A DNA stretch of 64,000 nucleotides from an uncultured Actinomycetes bacterium (GTDB taxonomy: Bacteria > Actinomycetota > Acidimicrobiia > IMCC26256 > PALSA-610). Position 1 is the first letter of the stretch; the number at the start of each line of letters is the position of its first letter. The stretch lies in assembly GCA_963835455.1 (NCBI GenBank), contig CAWIFT010000003.1, forward strand, positions 686,061 through 750,060. Reading direction: 5' to 3'. The notes under the pieces were generated by a model that had not been told where the DNA came from, ran no database searches, and saw only the letters and a list, made by a program, of their open reading frames with translations. This document shows, one piece after another, positions 9,762 to 18,507 of this stretch. A program made the translations under genes and the position numbers.

Positions 9762-9768
9762 GGTCTCC

Positions 9769-9782
9769 CAAACGAACGTTTG
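9769..9782. promoter_or_regulatory. 6-2-6 palindrome CAAACG-AA-CGTTTG in the divergent Nudix / TetR intergenic region
   Basis: Perfect inverted repeat read directly from the sequence, immediately upstream of the TetR GTG 9788. Candidate operator; the regulator is not assignable. Confidence 0.35.
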
Positions 9783-9787
9783 ATAGG

Positions 9788-10453
9788 GTGCGGATCGTGC
9801 CGGCGCAGCGGGATCGCATCCTCGACGCCACCCTCGCCCTCATGGCGCGGGGCGGCGCGCACGGCACGAGCATGCGGGCCGTCGCCGCGGCCTGCGGGCT
9901 GAACGTGGCCACGCTGTACCACTACTTCCCGTCCAAGCGCGACCTGCTCCAGGCCGCGATCTCGCACCGGGGCGCCGCCGACCTGTCGCCGTCACCGTTC
10001 CCCGAGGGTCTCGCCGGCAGCGTCGAGGACCGCCTCGCCGCGCTGCTCGACCACCTCTTCGTCGGGATGACGGCGGAGGAGGATCTCTGGCGGGCCCTCA
10101 TCGCAGAGGCGATCCACGGCGACGACGACGTCTTCGAGCCGCTGCTCGAAACCGCGAACGCGTTCCAGGACGCGCTCACCGACTGGTTGCGCACGCTTTG
10201 CCCCGATGCGCCCGGGCTCCACGAACCCGCGGTCGTCGGTGCGATCCGCAACGCCGTGATCGGCGTCCTGGTCGAGTACCTCCCGCAGTTCGACGGCCGC
10301 CGCGCGGCCCTCGAGGCGCGGGCGCGCGAGCTCGCGCACGTTTTCGCCCGGCTTGCCCCCGATAAGTCGGGCGATCCGCATGCCGATAAGTACCGAGAGA
10401 AGCCTGCTTATTCCGGGCCCGGTTCCGGGCTCGATCCTGTGGAGGAGACATGA
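9788..10453 (+). CDS. TetR/AcrR family transcriptional regulator
   Basis: N-terminal HTH: RDRILDATLALMARGGAHGTSMRAVAAACGLNVATLYHYFPSKRDLL. Its stop overlaps the P450 ATG (ATGA). Confidence 0.85.
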   Translation: MRIVPAQRDRILDATLALMARGGAHGTSMRAVAAACGLNVATLYHYFPSKRDLLQAAISHRGAADLSPSPFPEGLAGSVEDRLAALLDHLFVGMTAEEDLWRALIAEAIHGDDDVFEPLLETANAFQDALTDWLRTLCPDAPGLHEPAVVGAIRNAVIGVLVEYLPQFDGRRAALEARARELAHVFARLAPDKSGDPHADKYREKPAYSGPGSGLDPVEET

Positions 10454-11715
10454 CCGCCCCGGCTGCGCCCTACGAACCGGATGCCCTCGACCCCACGTTG
10501 TACGTCCGTGGCGTCGCGCACGACGTGTTCCGGTGGATGCGTGAGAACGATCCGGTCCACCGCGACGAGGTGAACGGGATCTGGGTCGTCTCGAAGTACG
10601 AGGACATCTCGTACGTCGAGCGTCAACCCGAGCTGTTCTGCAGCGGGCAGGGCGTACGGCCGAAGGGCGGCGGCGCGGACGCGCTGTCGATCGTCTCGAT
10701 GGACGATCCGGAGCACGCGCGGCAACGCAAGCTCATCAGCCGCGGCTTCACCGGCGCACGCATCACGCAGCTGATGGACCACATCCGCGAGCTCGCCCGC
10801 GAGCTCGTCGACAACGTGGCCCGGCGCGGCGAGTGCGACTTCGTCGACGACATCGCCAAGCCGCTCCCGCTCATCGTCATCGCGGAGATGCTCGGTCTCG
10901 GTGTCGACGACCGCGCCCAGCTCGCACACTGGTCCGACACGATGATGGCCGGCGAAGGTGCGGCCGCCGACGACCCGCGGCAAGCCGCGGCGGGCGAAGC
11001 GTGGGGCGAATACATCACATACCTCGTCGGGCTGCTCGAAGAGCGGCGCGCGCACCCGCAGGACGACCTCATCTCGGTGTTGCTCTCGTCGGCCGACGCA
11101 GGCGACATCGAATTCGACGAACACGCGCTGCGCAGTGTCGTCGAACAAGGCGCGATCCCGAGCGGCAACCTCGGCCTCGGGTCCGATGATCTGCTGGCGT
11201 TCCTCGTGCTGCTGCTCGTCGCCGGCAACGAGACGACACGCAACGCGCTGTCGGGCGGAATGCTCGCGCTGTCGAACTTCCCGACCGAGCGGATCAAGCT
11301 CGTCGGCGACCTCGGACTCGTCAACAGCGCAACCGAGGAGATCCTGCGCTACGTATCGCCCGTCATCAGCTTCTCGCGCACCGTCACGCGCGACACCGAG
11401 CTGCGCGGACGGGCGTTGGCCGCGGGCGACGTCGTGCTCAACGTCTACCCGAGCGCGAACCGTGACGCCGATGTGTTCGACGACCCCGACGCGTTCCACG
11501 TCGACCGTTCGCCGAACCTGCACCTCGCGTTCGGCACCGGACCGCACTTCTGCCTCGGTGCCAACCTCGCTCGCACGGAGATCCGGATCCTGTTGGAGGA
11601 GCTGTTCACACGGCTGCCCGACATCCACGTCCCCGAAGGCGTGGACGCCGAGCGCGGCGCCAACGCGTTGGTCACCACGATCCAGCACCTCCCGGTGGAG
11701 TTCACGAAGGCCTGA
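10450..11715 (+). CDS. cytochrome P450
   Basis: Heme-binding loop FGTGPHFCLGANLAR, an EILRY-type ExxR and an AGNETT I-helix motif. 421 aa. Confidence 0.9.
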   Translation: MTAPAAPYEPDALDPTLYVRGVAHDVFRWMRENDPVHRDEVNGIWVVSKYEDISYVERQPELFCSGQGVRPKGGGADALSIVSMDDPEHARQRKLISRGFTGARITQLMDHIRELARELVDNVARRGECDFVDDIAKPLPLIVIAEMLGLGVDDRAQLAHWSDTMMAGEGAAADDPRQAAAGEAWGEYITYLVGLLEERRAHPQDDLISVLLSSADAGDIEFDEHALRSVVEQGAIPSGNLGLGSDDLLAFLVLLLVAGNETTRNALSGGMLALSNFPTERIKLVGDLGLVNSATEEILRYVSPVISFSRTVTRDTELRGRALAAGDVVLNVYPSANRDADVFDDPDAFHVDRSPNLHLAFGTGPHFCLGANLARTEIRILLEELFTRLPDIHVPEGVDAERGANALVTTIQHLPVEFTKA

Positions 11716-11745
11716 TCGGCGGGTCGCCCTTTGCGGGCGTCGGAG

Positions 11746-13416
11746 CTAGGTCGCGAACGCGCCGATACCGATGATGGGTGCCGGGGGCGGATCGTCGGCG
11801 AGGCTCCCGAGGAATGACCGGTTCGAGAAGTTGAAGACCCCGCCGTCCGATGCTCCCATCAGGTAGCCGTTGCCGTAGGCGACGAGTCCGTCGACCGGTC
11901 GATTGAGCCGGGTCGATCCCAGCGAGCCGCGGAACGGTGCGCCGAACGCGAACACGCCGCCGTCGCCGGCCACGAGCCAGTACCCGCGGTTGTCGGGCGT
12001 GGGTGACATCCCGACGACGGGCTGGTTCAGACGCAGGCCGCCGGTTGAGCCGCGAAAGCGCGCATCACCGAAGCTGAAGACGCCACCGTCGGAACCGACC
12101 AGGTAGTAGCCGCGCCCGGTGGGCGTTGCGACCGACGCGACGATCCGACCGTTGAGGTGTGTGGCGGACACATCGCCGTAGGGGTGAGCATCGCCGTAGG
12201 CGAAGACGTGCCCGAGGTTGGTGAAGAGCCAGTAGCCCGTGCCGGCCGCGGTCGCAGAGATCGTGCTGACGTGCTCGCCGGGGCGCAGCGCCGGTCGCCC
12301 ACCGTATCCACGGGCGCGGCCGAGCGCAGTGACATTGCCGTCGGCGTCGGTGATCCAGTACCCGCTGCCATCGGACCGGGTCGCGATGGCGACCGATGGA
12401 CCCGGGGCGTTCCCGAGTCGTCGGGCGTCACCGAACGCATACACGCGACCATCCGCGCCCAACATCCAATATCCGGACCTGGGTGAGATCTTCGTGGGGA
12501 GCGTGATCGTCGTGACCGTGGTGCTGCTCGAAGAGACCGACGGCAGCGTGGTGGTCGTGGTTGTGGTCGTGGTGGCCGCGGGTTCGGTGACGGTGAACGG
12601 TTGCGGCTCGTAGCCGAAGTATTCGACTTGTTGTCCGGGATGGCCGAACGGCGTGCCGTCGCCCCAACACTGCGCGCCGATCTCGTAATCGTTTCCGGGC
12701 GCCGCGTCGGCGGGGACGTGCAGGTTCACGCTCCAGTCGCCCGGGTCGTTCGACACGGCGCCCGTGTCGCTTTCGGCCAACCGCGTGAGCGGATCCGCAT
12801 CCTTGGCCAAGAAGACCTCGATGTGTCCCGCATCGCTGATGCACTGGGAGCCGCGAACCGCGGCGACCGTCCCGGGCACTCCCTCGGTCGGCAAGACGGA
12901 TGTCAGCGGCTGCGAAGGTTGCGGTGTGGCGGTGGGTTCGGTGACGGTGAACGGTTGCGGCTCGTAGCCGAAGTATTCGACTTGTTGGCCCGGATGGCCG
13001 AACGGCGTGCCGTCGCCCCAACACTGCGCGCCGATCTCGTAATCGGCTCCGGGGGCCGCGTCGTCGGGGATGCGCAGGCTCGCGCTCCAATCGCCTGGGG
13101 GACTCCACGAGGCGATTGCTCCACCGTCGGCCAGCCTCGTGAGCGGATCCGCGGCGGCGGCGAGGAAGACTTCGATATGCCCGGCGTCACTGATGCAATC
13201 GGAACCCCTGACCGCGATGAGGGCACCGGGTGCTCCCTCGGTCGGCAAGACCGAAGTCAGCGACTGCGAAGGTTGCGGCGTCGTCACCGACGACATGCTG
13301 ATCGCGCGGTGAAGGTCCGGCGTCGCATTGCTCGACGCCATTGCGCCCCGAGCGGCGAAGATGCCTACCAGCGCTGCGACCGTGACGAGCACGAAGAACC
13401 TTCGCCGTAAGCCCAC
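11746..13416 (-). CDS. secreted protein: signal peptide, 2 x 118-aa tandem domain, Thr-rich linker, six GYW repeats
   Basis: Signal-like start MGLRRRFFVLVTVAALVGIFAARGAMA. Duplicated domain ...VRGSxCISDAGHIEVFLA...YEIGAQCWGDGTPFGHPGQQVEYFGYEPQPFTVTEP, then a T9 linker. C-terminal repeats have the form GYWLVxxDGGVFxFGDAxFxGS. Confidence 0.8.
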   Translation of the reverse strand: MGLRRRFFVLVTVAALVGIFAARGAMASSNATPDLHRAISMSSVTTPQPSQSLTSVLPTEGAPGALIAVRGSDCISDAGHIEVFLAAAADPLTRLADGGAIASWSPPGDWSASLRIPDDAAPGADYEIGAQCWGDGTPFGHPGQQVEYFGYEPQPFTVTEPTATPQPSQPLTSVLPTEGVPGTVAAVRGSQCISDAGHIEVFLAKDADPLTRLAESDTGAVSNDPGDWSVNLHVPADAAPGNDYEIGAQCWGDGTPFGHPGQQVEYFGYEPQPFTVTEPAATTTTTTTTTLPSVSSSSTTVTTITLPTKISPRSGYWMLGADGRVYAFGDARRLGNAPGPSVAIATRSDGSGYWITDADGNVTALGRARGYGGRPALRPGEHVSTISATAAGTGYWLFTNLGHVFAYGDAHPYGDVSATHLNGRIVASVATPTGRGYYLVGSDGGVFSFGDARFRGSTGGLRLNQPVVGMSPTPDNRGYWLVAGDGGVFAFGAPFRGSLGSTRLNRPVDGLVAYGNGYLMGASDGGVFNFSNRSFLGSLADDPPPAPIIGIGAFAT

Positions 13417-13506
13417 GGCGGGATCTTGGCCCGGGCGCGCGTTCGGGTCCAGCCCTCAATCCGCAACCGGGAACAGGATTCACCATCGTTGCGGTTCTTC
13501 CGAACC

Positions 13507-14301
13507 TCAGGAACTGCTCGTCGCGATCGCGACGGCGGTGGTGCGGTCGGCGCCTTCGTCGCGGACTTCGACGCGTAACACGGTGCCGTCGGAGCGTCGA
13601 CCGATCGCGCGCGCGATCGCGCGCACCGGCCCGATGCGGTTGGGTGCGAGGAAGTGCAGGACCACGTCGGTCGTGCGACCGCCGCCCGTCGCGTGCTCCG
13701 CGGCGAGGTCGACGAGGGTGGCGACGACACCACCGTGAAGGATGCCCCACGGGTTGCGGAGCCGGTCTTCGAGATCGATCTCGACCGCGTGATCGCCTGC
13801 GGCGCGCACGCCGAGCCAGTCCGGGATGGCCGGCAAATCCGCCGGCACGCCCGCGGGCGGTTCGAGCTCGACGGGACGGCTCCACTGCGGCGGACCGTTC
13901 TCGGGCACCAGGATCGCGGAGGTGAGCACGCCGCTGGCGACGAGCGCGTCGCGCGCGCCCTCGTCGTGGATCTGCACGCCGGTGACGACGTTGTTGCGTC
14001 CGCGCCGCAACACGCTGGAGTCGATGCGCAGCGGGCCGACGTGCGCGAGCTCCACGACGCGTGCCGCGAGGTTCGTCGACACGACCCAGCCTTCCGGGAG
14101 AGCGGCGAGCCCGCCGTTGAGCCCGCCGACGTTGTCGATCATCGTGAGCAGGGCCCCGGTGCGGACACCGCCGGCCGGGCCGAGCAGGTGCGGCGCGACC
14201 GCAGCGCGGCCGACGAGCTGCAGCGCTTCGGTCTCGCGCATGCTGACGCCCGTGTACCACCCGACCTCGCGGCCGCGGCTCGACTCGTCCCCGAACGTCA
14301 T
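13507..14301 (-). CDS. double hotdog-fold (PaaI-like) thioesterase family protein
   Basis: Contains two PaaI-like halves (...GALLTMIDNVGG... and ...HGGVVATLVDLAAE...). ATG 14301 overlaps the upstream stop (ATGA). Confidence 0.65.
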   Translation of the reverse strand: MTFGDESSRGREVGWYTGVSMRETEALQLVGRAAVAPHLLGPAGGVRTGALLTMIDNVGGLNGGLAALPEGWVVSTNLAARVVELAHVGPLRIDSSVLRRGRNNVVTGVQIHDEGARDALVASGVLTSAILVPENGPPQWSRPVELEPPAGVPADLPAIPDWLGVRAAGDHAVEIDLEDRLRNPWGILHGGVVATLVDLAAEHATGGGRTTDVVLHFLAPNRIGPVRAIARAIGRRSDGTVLRVEVRDEGADRTTAVAIATSSS

Positions 14302-15122
14302 GCGAGGCCCCGCGTCGCGACCGCGTGCACGACCGTCATCTGCCGGTTCTCCGCGCCGGTGTCGACGAGCTCGACGCGCGCGGAGCCGTGACCGTCGGCC
14401 GCGGCCAGCACGTCGACGATGGACCGGACCGGACCGACCTTGCCGAAGCCGAGGTACGTGACGTACAGGTCGTTGACGACGAGGGGCTCGTTGGTTGCGG
14501 CGCGCAACGCGGTCTCGGCGGCGACCTCGGCGACCGTCGCGACCACACCCCCCTGCATCGCGCCCATCGAATTCAGCGACCAGTCGATCACGGGAACGTC
14601 GATCTCGCCGCGGGCGCGGTCGCGCACCTGCACGCCCAACTGGTCGAGCAGCGGTCCCGCGAGCCGCGACTCGGGTCGCGCCATCGTCGACGCGGGCTGA
14701 CGGATGCTGGAGACGTCGGGGTTCGTGTCGCGGCGGGGGAGCACGGCGAAGCTCATCGTCGCGAGGCCGATGTCGTGTTCGTGCTCGTCGACCAGTGCAA
14801 CCTCGATGACCACGGTTGTCCGCCCCGCGCGGAGCACCTCGGCGCGCGCCTCGACGACCGAACCCGGTCGCGCCGCGCGCACGAGGTGCAACGTGAGATC
14901 CGCGGTGGCGATCCATCCGGGCGCGGCCGCACTCGCGGCGAGGCCGCCTCCGATGACGTCGACCAGCGTGGCGAGCGCGCCGGCCCGGGCGTGTCCCAGA
15001 TCGGTGCACAGCTCGGTCACGACGGGCATCCACGCCCGGCTGCGCCGGCCCTCCTCGTCGTGCTCGAACGAGAAGCGCAGGTCGCGCAACAGATGGTTGT
15101 CAGGCGGGTAGACCACGGACAT
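14298..15122 (-). CDS. double hotdog-fold (PaaI-like) thioesterase family protein, paralog of the downstream gene
   Basis: Two halves (...ARAGALATLVDVIGG... and ...MQGGVVATVAEVAAE...). 274 aa. Confidence 0.65.
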   Translation of the reverse strand: MSVVYPPDNHLLRDLRFSFEHDEEGRRSRAWMPVVTELCTDLGHARAGALATLVDVIGGGLAASAAAPGWIATADLTLHLVRAARPGSVVEARAEVLRAGRTTVVIEVALVDEHEHDIGLATMSFAVLPRRDTNPDVSSIRQPASTMARPESRLAGPLLDQLGVQVRDRARGEIDVPVIDWSLNSMGAMQGGVVATVAEVAAETALRAATNEPLVVNDLYVTYLGFGKVGPVRSIVDVLAAADGHGSARVELVDTGAENRQMTVVHAVATRGLA

Positions 15123-15153
15123 GGAACCCGGGACGGTACCGAACCGGCACGCG

Positions 15154-15468
15154 TCAGCGCAGTTCGAGATCCAGCGCAGTGTCCGATTCGCGGATCACGA
15201 GCGTGGCGACGGTGCCCTTCGGATCGACGCGGCCGAACTCGTTGCGCTTGTAGGCGTTCCCGTCGCCGTCGAATGCCCACGCGTGCCCGGGACACACGAG
15301 CTCGTCGCCGGCGACGTGACCCTCGGCGAGATCGTGGTCGAGGTGGGGACACCAGCGGGGAACGCTGCGGAGCCGACCGTCTTGACCGCGCCAGACCACG
15401 TAGTCGTCGCCGTCGACCTCGACCGCGCGCACCTCGCCCGTTCCGACGGCCGTCGCCGGAAGTTGCAT
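15154..15468 (-). CDS. Rieske [2Fe-2S] domain protein
   Basis: CPHLDHDL ... CPGHAWAF gives the CxH / CxxH ligand pairs. ATG 15468 shares one nucleotide with the upstream TGA. Confidence 0.75.
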   Translation of the reverse strand: MQLPATAVGTGEVRAVEVDGDDYVVWRGQDGRLRSVPRWCPHLDHDLAEGHVAGDELVCPGHAWAFDGDGNAYKRNEFGRVDPKGTVATLVIRESDTALDLELR

Positions 15469-15710
15469 CAGTTCTCGCCGGCGAACTCGCGCACGACGCG
15501 CGCGCACTCGTCGAGCGTTGCCCCGCGTGCGATCGCGCGACCGATCACGTGACACAACAGCGGCGCGTTCGTGCGGTCGCCCGACGTGTGCGCGGCGACG
15601 CCCGCCAGATCGAGCAGCGTGTCCTTGGCGATCACGTCGACCATGAGATCGGCGGGGTCGAGGTTCGTCGCGCTCGCGAGCTGCAACGTCAGTTCCGTGA
15701 TCCAGTCCAC
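15468..15710 (-). CDS. small DUF6457-like protein
   Basis: GGAG-N8-GTG start at 15710. VDWITELTLQLASATNLDPADLMVDVIAKDTLLDLAGVAAHTSGDRTNAPLL... resembles small actinobacterial DUF6457 proteins. Confidence 0.5.
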   Translation of the reverse strand: MDWITELTLQLASATNLDPADLMVDVIAKDTLLDLAGVAAHTSGDRTNAPLLCHVIGRAIARGATLDECARVVREFAGEN

Positions 15711-15895
15711 TCGCTTCGCTCCTTCACGCTCATGGGTCGCTCGCGCTTCGCCTCCCGTCCGGTCGGCTCCGCTGTCGCTCCTTTTCTCATGGGTCGCTCG
15801 CGCTTCGCCTCCCGTCCGGTCGGCTCCGCTGTCGCTCCTTTTCTCATGGGTCGCTCGCGCTTCGCCTCCCGTCCGGTCGGCTCCGCTGTCGCTCC
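15711..15895. repeat. tandem repeat, 3 near-identical 57-bp units plus a degenerate partial unit
   Basis: CATGGG recurs at 15731, 15788 and 15845, giving a period of 57. The unit is CATGGGTCGCTCGCGCTTCGCCTCCCGTCCGGTCGGCTCCGCTGTCGCTCCTTTTCT. The array fills the gap between two minus-strand genes. Confidence 0.9.
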
Positions 15896-16452
15896 TAGTT
15901 GACCGTTGCGTCCTCGGGATAGTTCGAGAAGAGCGCGAGCCGGCTGCGCTGGCGGCGCAACACATCGCGCCACAACCGCTCCGGCAGCTCGACGAACGGA
16001 TCGCGCGGGTCGAGCGCGACGACGAACCACGCGCCCTTGTCGAGCTCGGCTTCGAGTTGTCCGGGTGACCAGCCCGCGTAGCCCGCGAAGACCCGCAACG
16101 ATTCGAGCGAGGTGCCGACGTCGAACGGGTCGTCAGCCAGATTGACGGTCCCGAGATCGTCCAGGATCTGGACGAAGCCCTCGAGCGCCGCGTGGCGACG
16201 ACGGGCGAGCGCGATGACCGCATCGGTCGCGACCGGCCCGCCCGCGAACACGAAATCGGGCGGGGACACGACCGGACGCCACTCGGGGAACACGTCCTCG
16301 AGCGCGGTCTCGCTGCGGCGGTTCAGCACGATCCCGAGGCCGCCGTCAGCACCGTGTTCGAGCATCAGCACGACGGTGCGGTCGAAGTTCGGGTCGACGA
16401 GAGGCGGGGCCGCGACGAGCAAGCGTCCGCGGAGCGATTGCTGATCGGGCAC
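15895..16452 (-). CDS. YqgE/AlgH family protein (UPF0301)
   Basis: LLVAAPPLVDPNFDRTVVLMLEHGADGGLGIVLNRRS... is typical of the family. GTG start at 16452 and TAG stop at 15895-15897. Confidence 0.8.
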   Translation of the reverse strand: MPDQQSLRGRLLVAAPPLVDPNFDRTVVLMLEHGADGGLGIVLNRRSETALEDVFPEWRPVVSPPDFVFAGGPVATDAVIALARRRHAALEGFVQILDDLGTVNLADDPFDVGTSLESLRVFAGYAGWSPGQLEAELDKGAWFVVALDPRDPFVELPERLWRDVLRRQRSRLALFSNYPEDATVN

Positions 16453-16485
16453 GGCTCGATATTGGCACGACTTAGCATCGATGTG

Positions 16486-17862
16486 ATGAGCGTGTCGTCG
16501 GATCTCCTCTCGGCGTTGCGCGAGGTGGTCGGCGGGGCGCACGTGCGGACCGATCCCGACGTGATCGCCGCCAACGTCGTCGACTGGACGGGACGCTTCC
16601 ACGGTTCCACGGCGGCGGTCGTGAGCCCGGGCACGGTCGAAGAGGTTGCCGCCGTACTGCGCCTGTGCGACGCGGGCGCGGTCGCGGTCGTCCCGCAGGG
16701 CGGGAACACGAGCCTCGCAGGTGGTTCGGTGCCGCTGGCGGGTGAGCTGGTGCTCGACCTCCGCCGCCTCGACGAGATCGGTGCGGTCGACGCCCGTACC
16801 GGCCAGGTCACCGCGCAGGCCGGGGTCACGCTCGCGCGGTTGCAACGGCAGGCACGCGACGCGGGCTGGCAGTACGGCGTCGACCTGGGTGCGCGCGACG
16901 TCGCGACGGTCGGCGGGATGGTCGCGACGAACGCCGGCGGCGTGCACGTGCTCCGCTACGGCGCCACGCGGCGCCAGCTCGTGGGGATCGAGGCGGTGCT
17001 GGCCGACGGCCGCGTCGTCCGCCGCATCGACGGGCTCGAGAAGGACAACTCGGGCTACGACCTCGCCGCGCTCGTGTGCGGCAGCGAGGGAACGCTCGCC
17101 GTCGTCACCGCGGCGCGGTTCCGCCTGCGCGCGCAGACGCGGTTCGCGGTCGTGGCGCTGTGCGCGTTCGACGATGTCGACGCCGCGCTCGACGCGGTCG
17201 GAACACTGCGCCGCGAGCTCGACTGTGTGAACGCGATCGAGCTGTTCTTCGAGGAGGGCCTCGCACTGGTGTGTGATCGCCTCGGCCTCGCGCGTCCGTT
17301 CGCGTCACCGCACGTTGCGTACGTGCTCGTCGAAGCGGCGGCGAACACCGACCCGACCGACGCCCTCGGACGCGCGGTCGGCACGTGCGCCGCGATTGCC
17401 GATGTCGCGGTCGCGACCGATCCCGCCGCGTCCCGCGCGCTGTGGCGTTACCGCGAGGGTCATCCCGAGGCGATCAACCTGATCGGTGCGCCGCTGAAGC
17501 TCGACGTCGCCCTCCCGGCCGATCACCTGGCCGAGTTCATCCACGATGTCCCGGCGCGGGTGGAGGCCGTCGCACCCGGTGCCTCGGTGTGGATGTTCGG
17601 ACACGCGGGCGACGGCAACGTGCACGTGAACGTGACGGGCGTCGCCGACGCCGAAACCGTCGCGGTCACCGACGCGGTCTTCGGGTACGTTGCCGCGTTG
17701 CACGGCTCGATCAGCGCGGAGCACGGAATCGGAACGGCCAAGCGCCGCTATCTCCATCTGGTGCGCAGCGCCGCCGAGATCGCGACCTATCGCGCGATCA
17801 AGCGCGCACTCGACCCGAACCGGATCCTGAACCCGAACGTGCTGCTGCCGAACGACGACTAG
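16486..17862 (+). CDS. FAD-binding (PCMH-type) oxidoreductase, GlcD / D-2-hydroxyacid dehydrogenase-like
   Basis: VVPQGGNTSLAGGSVP, GGMVATNAGG and SGYDL..LVCGSEGTLAVVT, plus C-terminal HGSISAEHGIG. Confidence 0.85.
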   Translation: MSVSSDLLSALREVVGGAHVRTDPDVIAANVVDWTGRFHGSTAAVVSPGTVEEVAAVLRLCDAGAVAVVPQGGNTSLAGGSVPLAGELVLDLRRLDEIGAVDARTGQVTAQAGVTLARLQRQARDAGWQYGVDLGARDVATVGGMVATNAGGVHVLRYGATRRQLVGIEAVLADGRVVRRIDGLEKDNSGYDLAALVCGSEGTLAVVTAARFRLRAQTRFAVVALCAFDDVDAALDAVGTLRRELDCVNAIELFFEEGLALVCDRLGLARPFASPHVAYVLVEAAANTDPTDALGRAVGTCAAIADVAVATDPAASRALWRYREGHPEAINLIGAPLKLDVALPADHLAEFIHDVPARVEAVAPGASVWMFGHAGDGNVHVNVTGVADAETVAVTDAVFGYVAALHGSISAEHGIGTAKRRYLHLVRSAAEIATYRAIKRALDPNRILNPNVLLPNDD

Positions 17863-18464
17863 GCGAGCGGGTCGGCCGCGCGCGCCGGATCGCTCTCGGG
17901 CAGGTACTCCTGCGCCCAGGTCATCCGCTTCCAGTCGGGGATCGGCGCCTCGACCTCGGGCTTCGGCACGAACTTCGAGCGCTCCACGAGCTTCATCTGG
18001 TGGATGTAGCGGGAGCAGTTCGGGAAGACCTGGGTGGTGCGCACGCGCACGACGAGGGTTGCACCCGTCATCTCGGCGCGCAGCGGGTCGTCGGGGTCGA
18101 CGGTGGCGACACCGTTCACCCGGACGCGGTTCGGACTCTCGAAATCGATGAACAGCATGCCGACCGCGGCGTGGGCGCGGATGTTGCCGAGCGACAGGAA
18201 CATTCCGTTGCCGTCGTACACCGGGAACGCGATCGTGCGGTCGTCGACGACCCGCACGAAGCCGGGATCGCCACCCTTGTACGAGCACTGGGGATTCCCG
18301 TCGGCATCGCAGGTGGCGAGGAAGAACATGTCGCGCGCTTCGATGAACGCTTTGGCGTGGTCGTCGATGCGCTCACTGACGAGGAGCTCGTCGATCCGGT
18401 CGGCAACCCGGCGCGTGTCGAACTCGTCCTGCCAGAATCGGTGATCGTCGTTGAACGTGCTCAC
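17859..18464 (-). CDS. pyridoxamine 5'-phosphate oxidase-like FMN-binding family protein
   Basis: MFFLATCDADGNPQCSYKGGDPGFVRV... shows a split-barrel PNPOx-like pattern. Intact 201-aa ORF. Confidence 0.7.
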   Translation of the reverse strand: MSTFNDDHRFWQDEFDTRRVADRIDELLVSERIDDHAKAFIEARDMFFLATCDADGNPQCSYKGGDPGFVRVVDDRTIAFPVYDGNGMFLSLGNIRAHAAVGMLFIDFESPNRVRVNGVATVDPDDPLRAEMTGATLVVRVRTTQVFPNCSRYIHQMKLVERSKFVPKPEVEAPIPDWKRMTWAQEYLPESDPARAADPLA

Positions 18465-18507
18465 CCCACCATCGTCGCGCGGGCGCGGCGACGGTGGGGG
18501 AGCTGGT

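Noticed and set aside
13465-13500. Hairpin CCGCAAC ... GTTGCGG between the thioesterase operon and the 11746-13416 gene as a terminator.
   Set aside because: It has a 7-bp stem with a ~20-nt loop and no U-tract, which is too weak to call.
15711-15895. Tandem repeats at 15711-15895 and 44895-45146 as CRISPR arrays.
   Set aside because: The units are directly adjacent with no unique spacers. The units of 57 and 62 bp are longer than CRISPR repeats, and no cas genes are present in the window.
14325-15902. ORFs 14325..15902 (+) and 15689..16030 (-), which translate the 57-bp array as a repeated peptide, considered as evidence for a repeat-encoded protein.
   Set aside because: The array is open in several frames on both strands simply because it is GC-rich and a multiple of three. 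The rest of both ORFs is shadow sequence. Translation of the array remains an open question, not a supported CDS.
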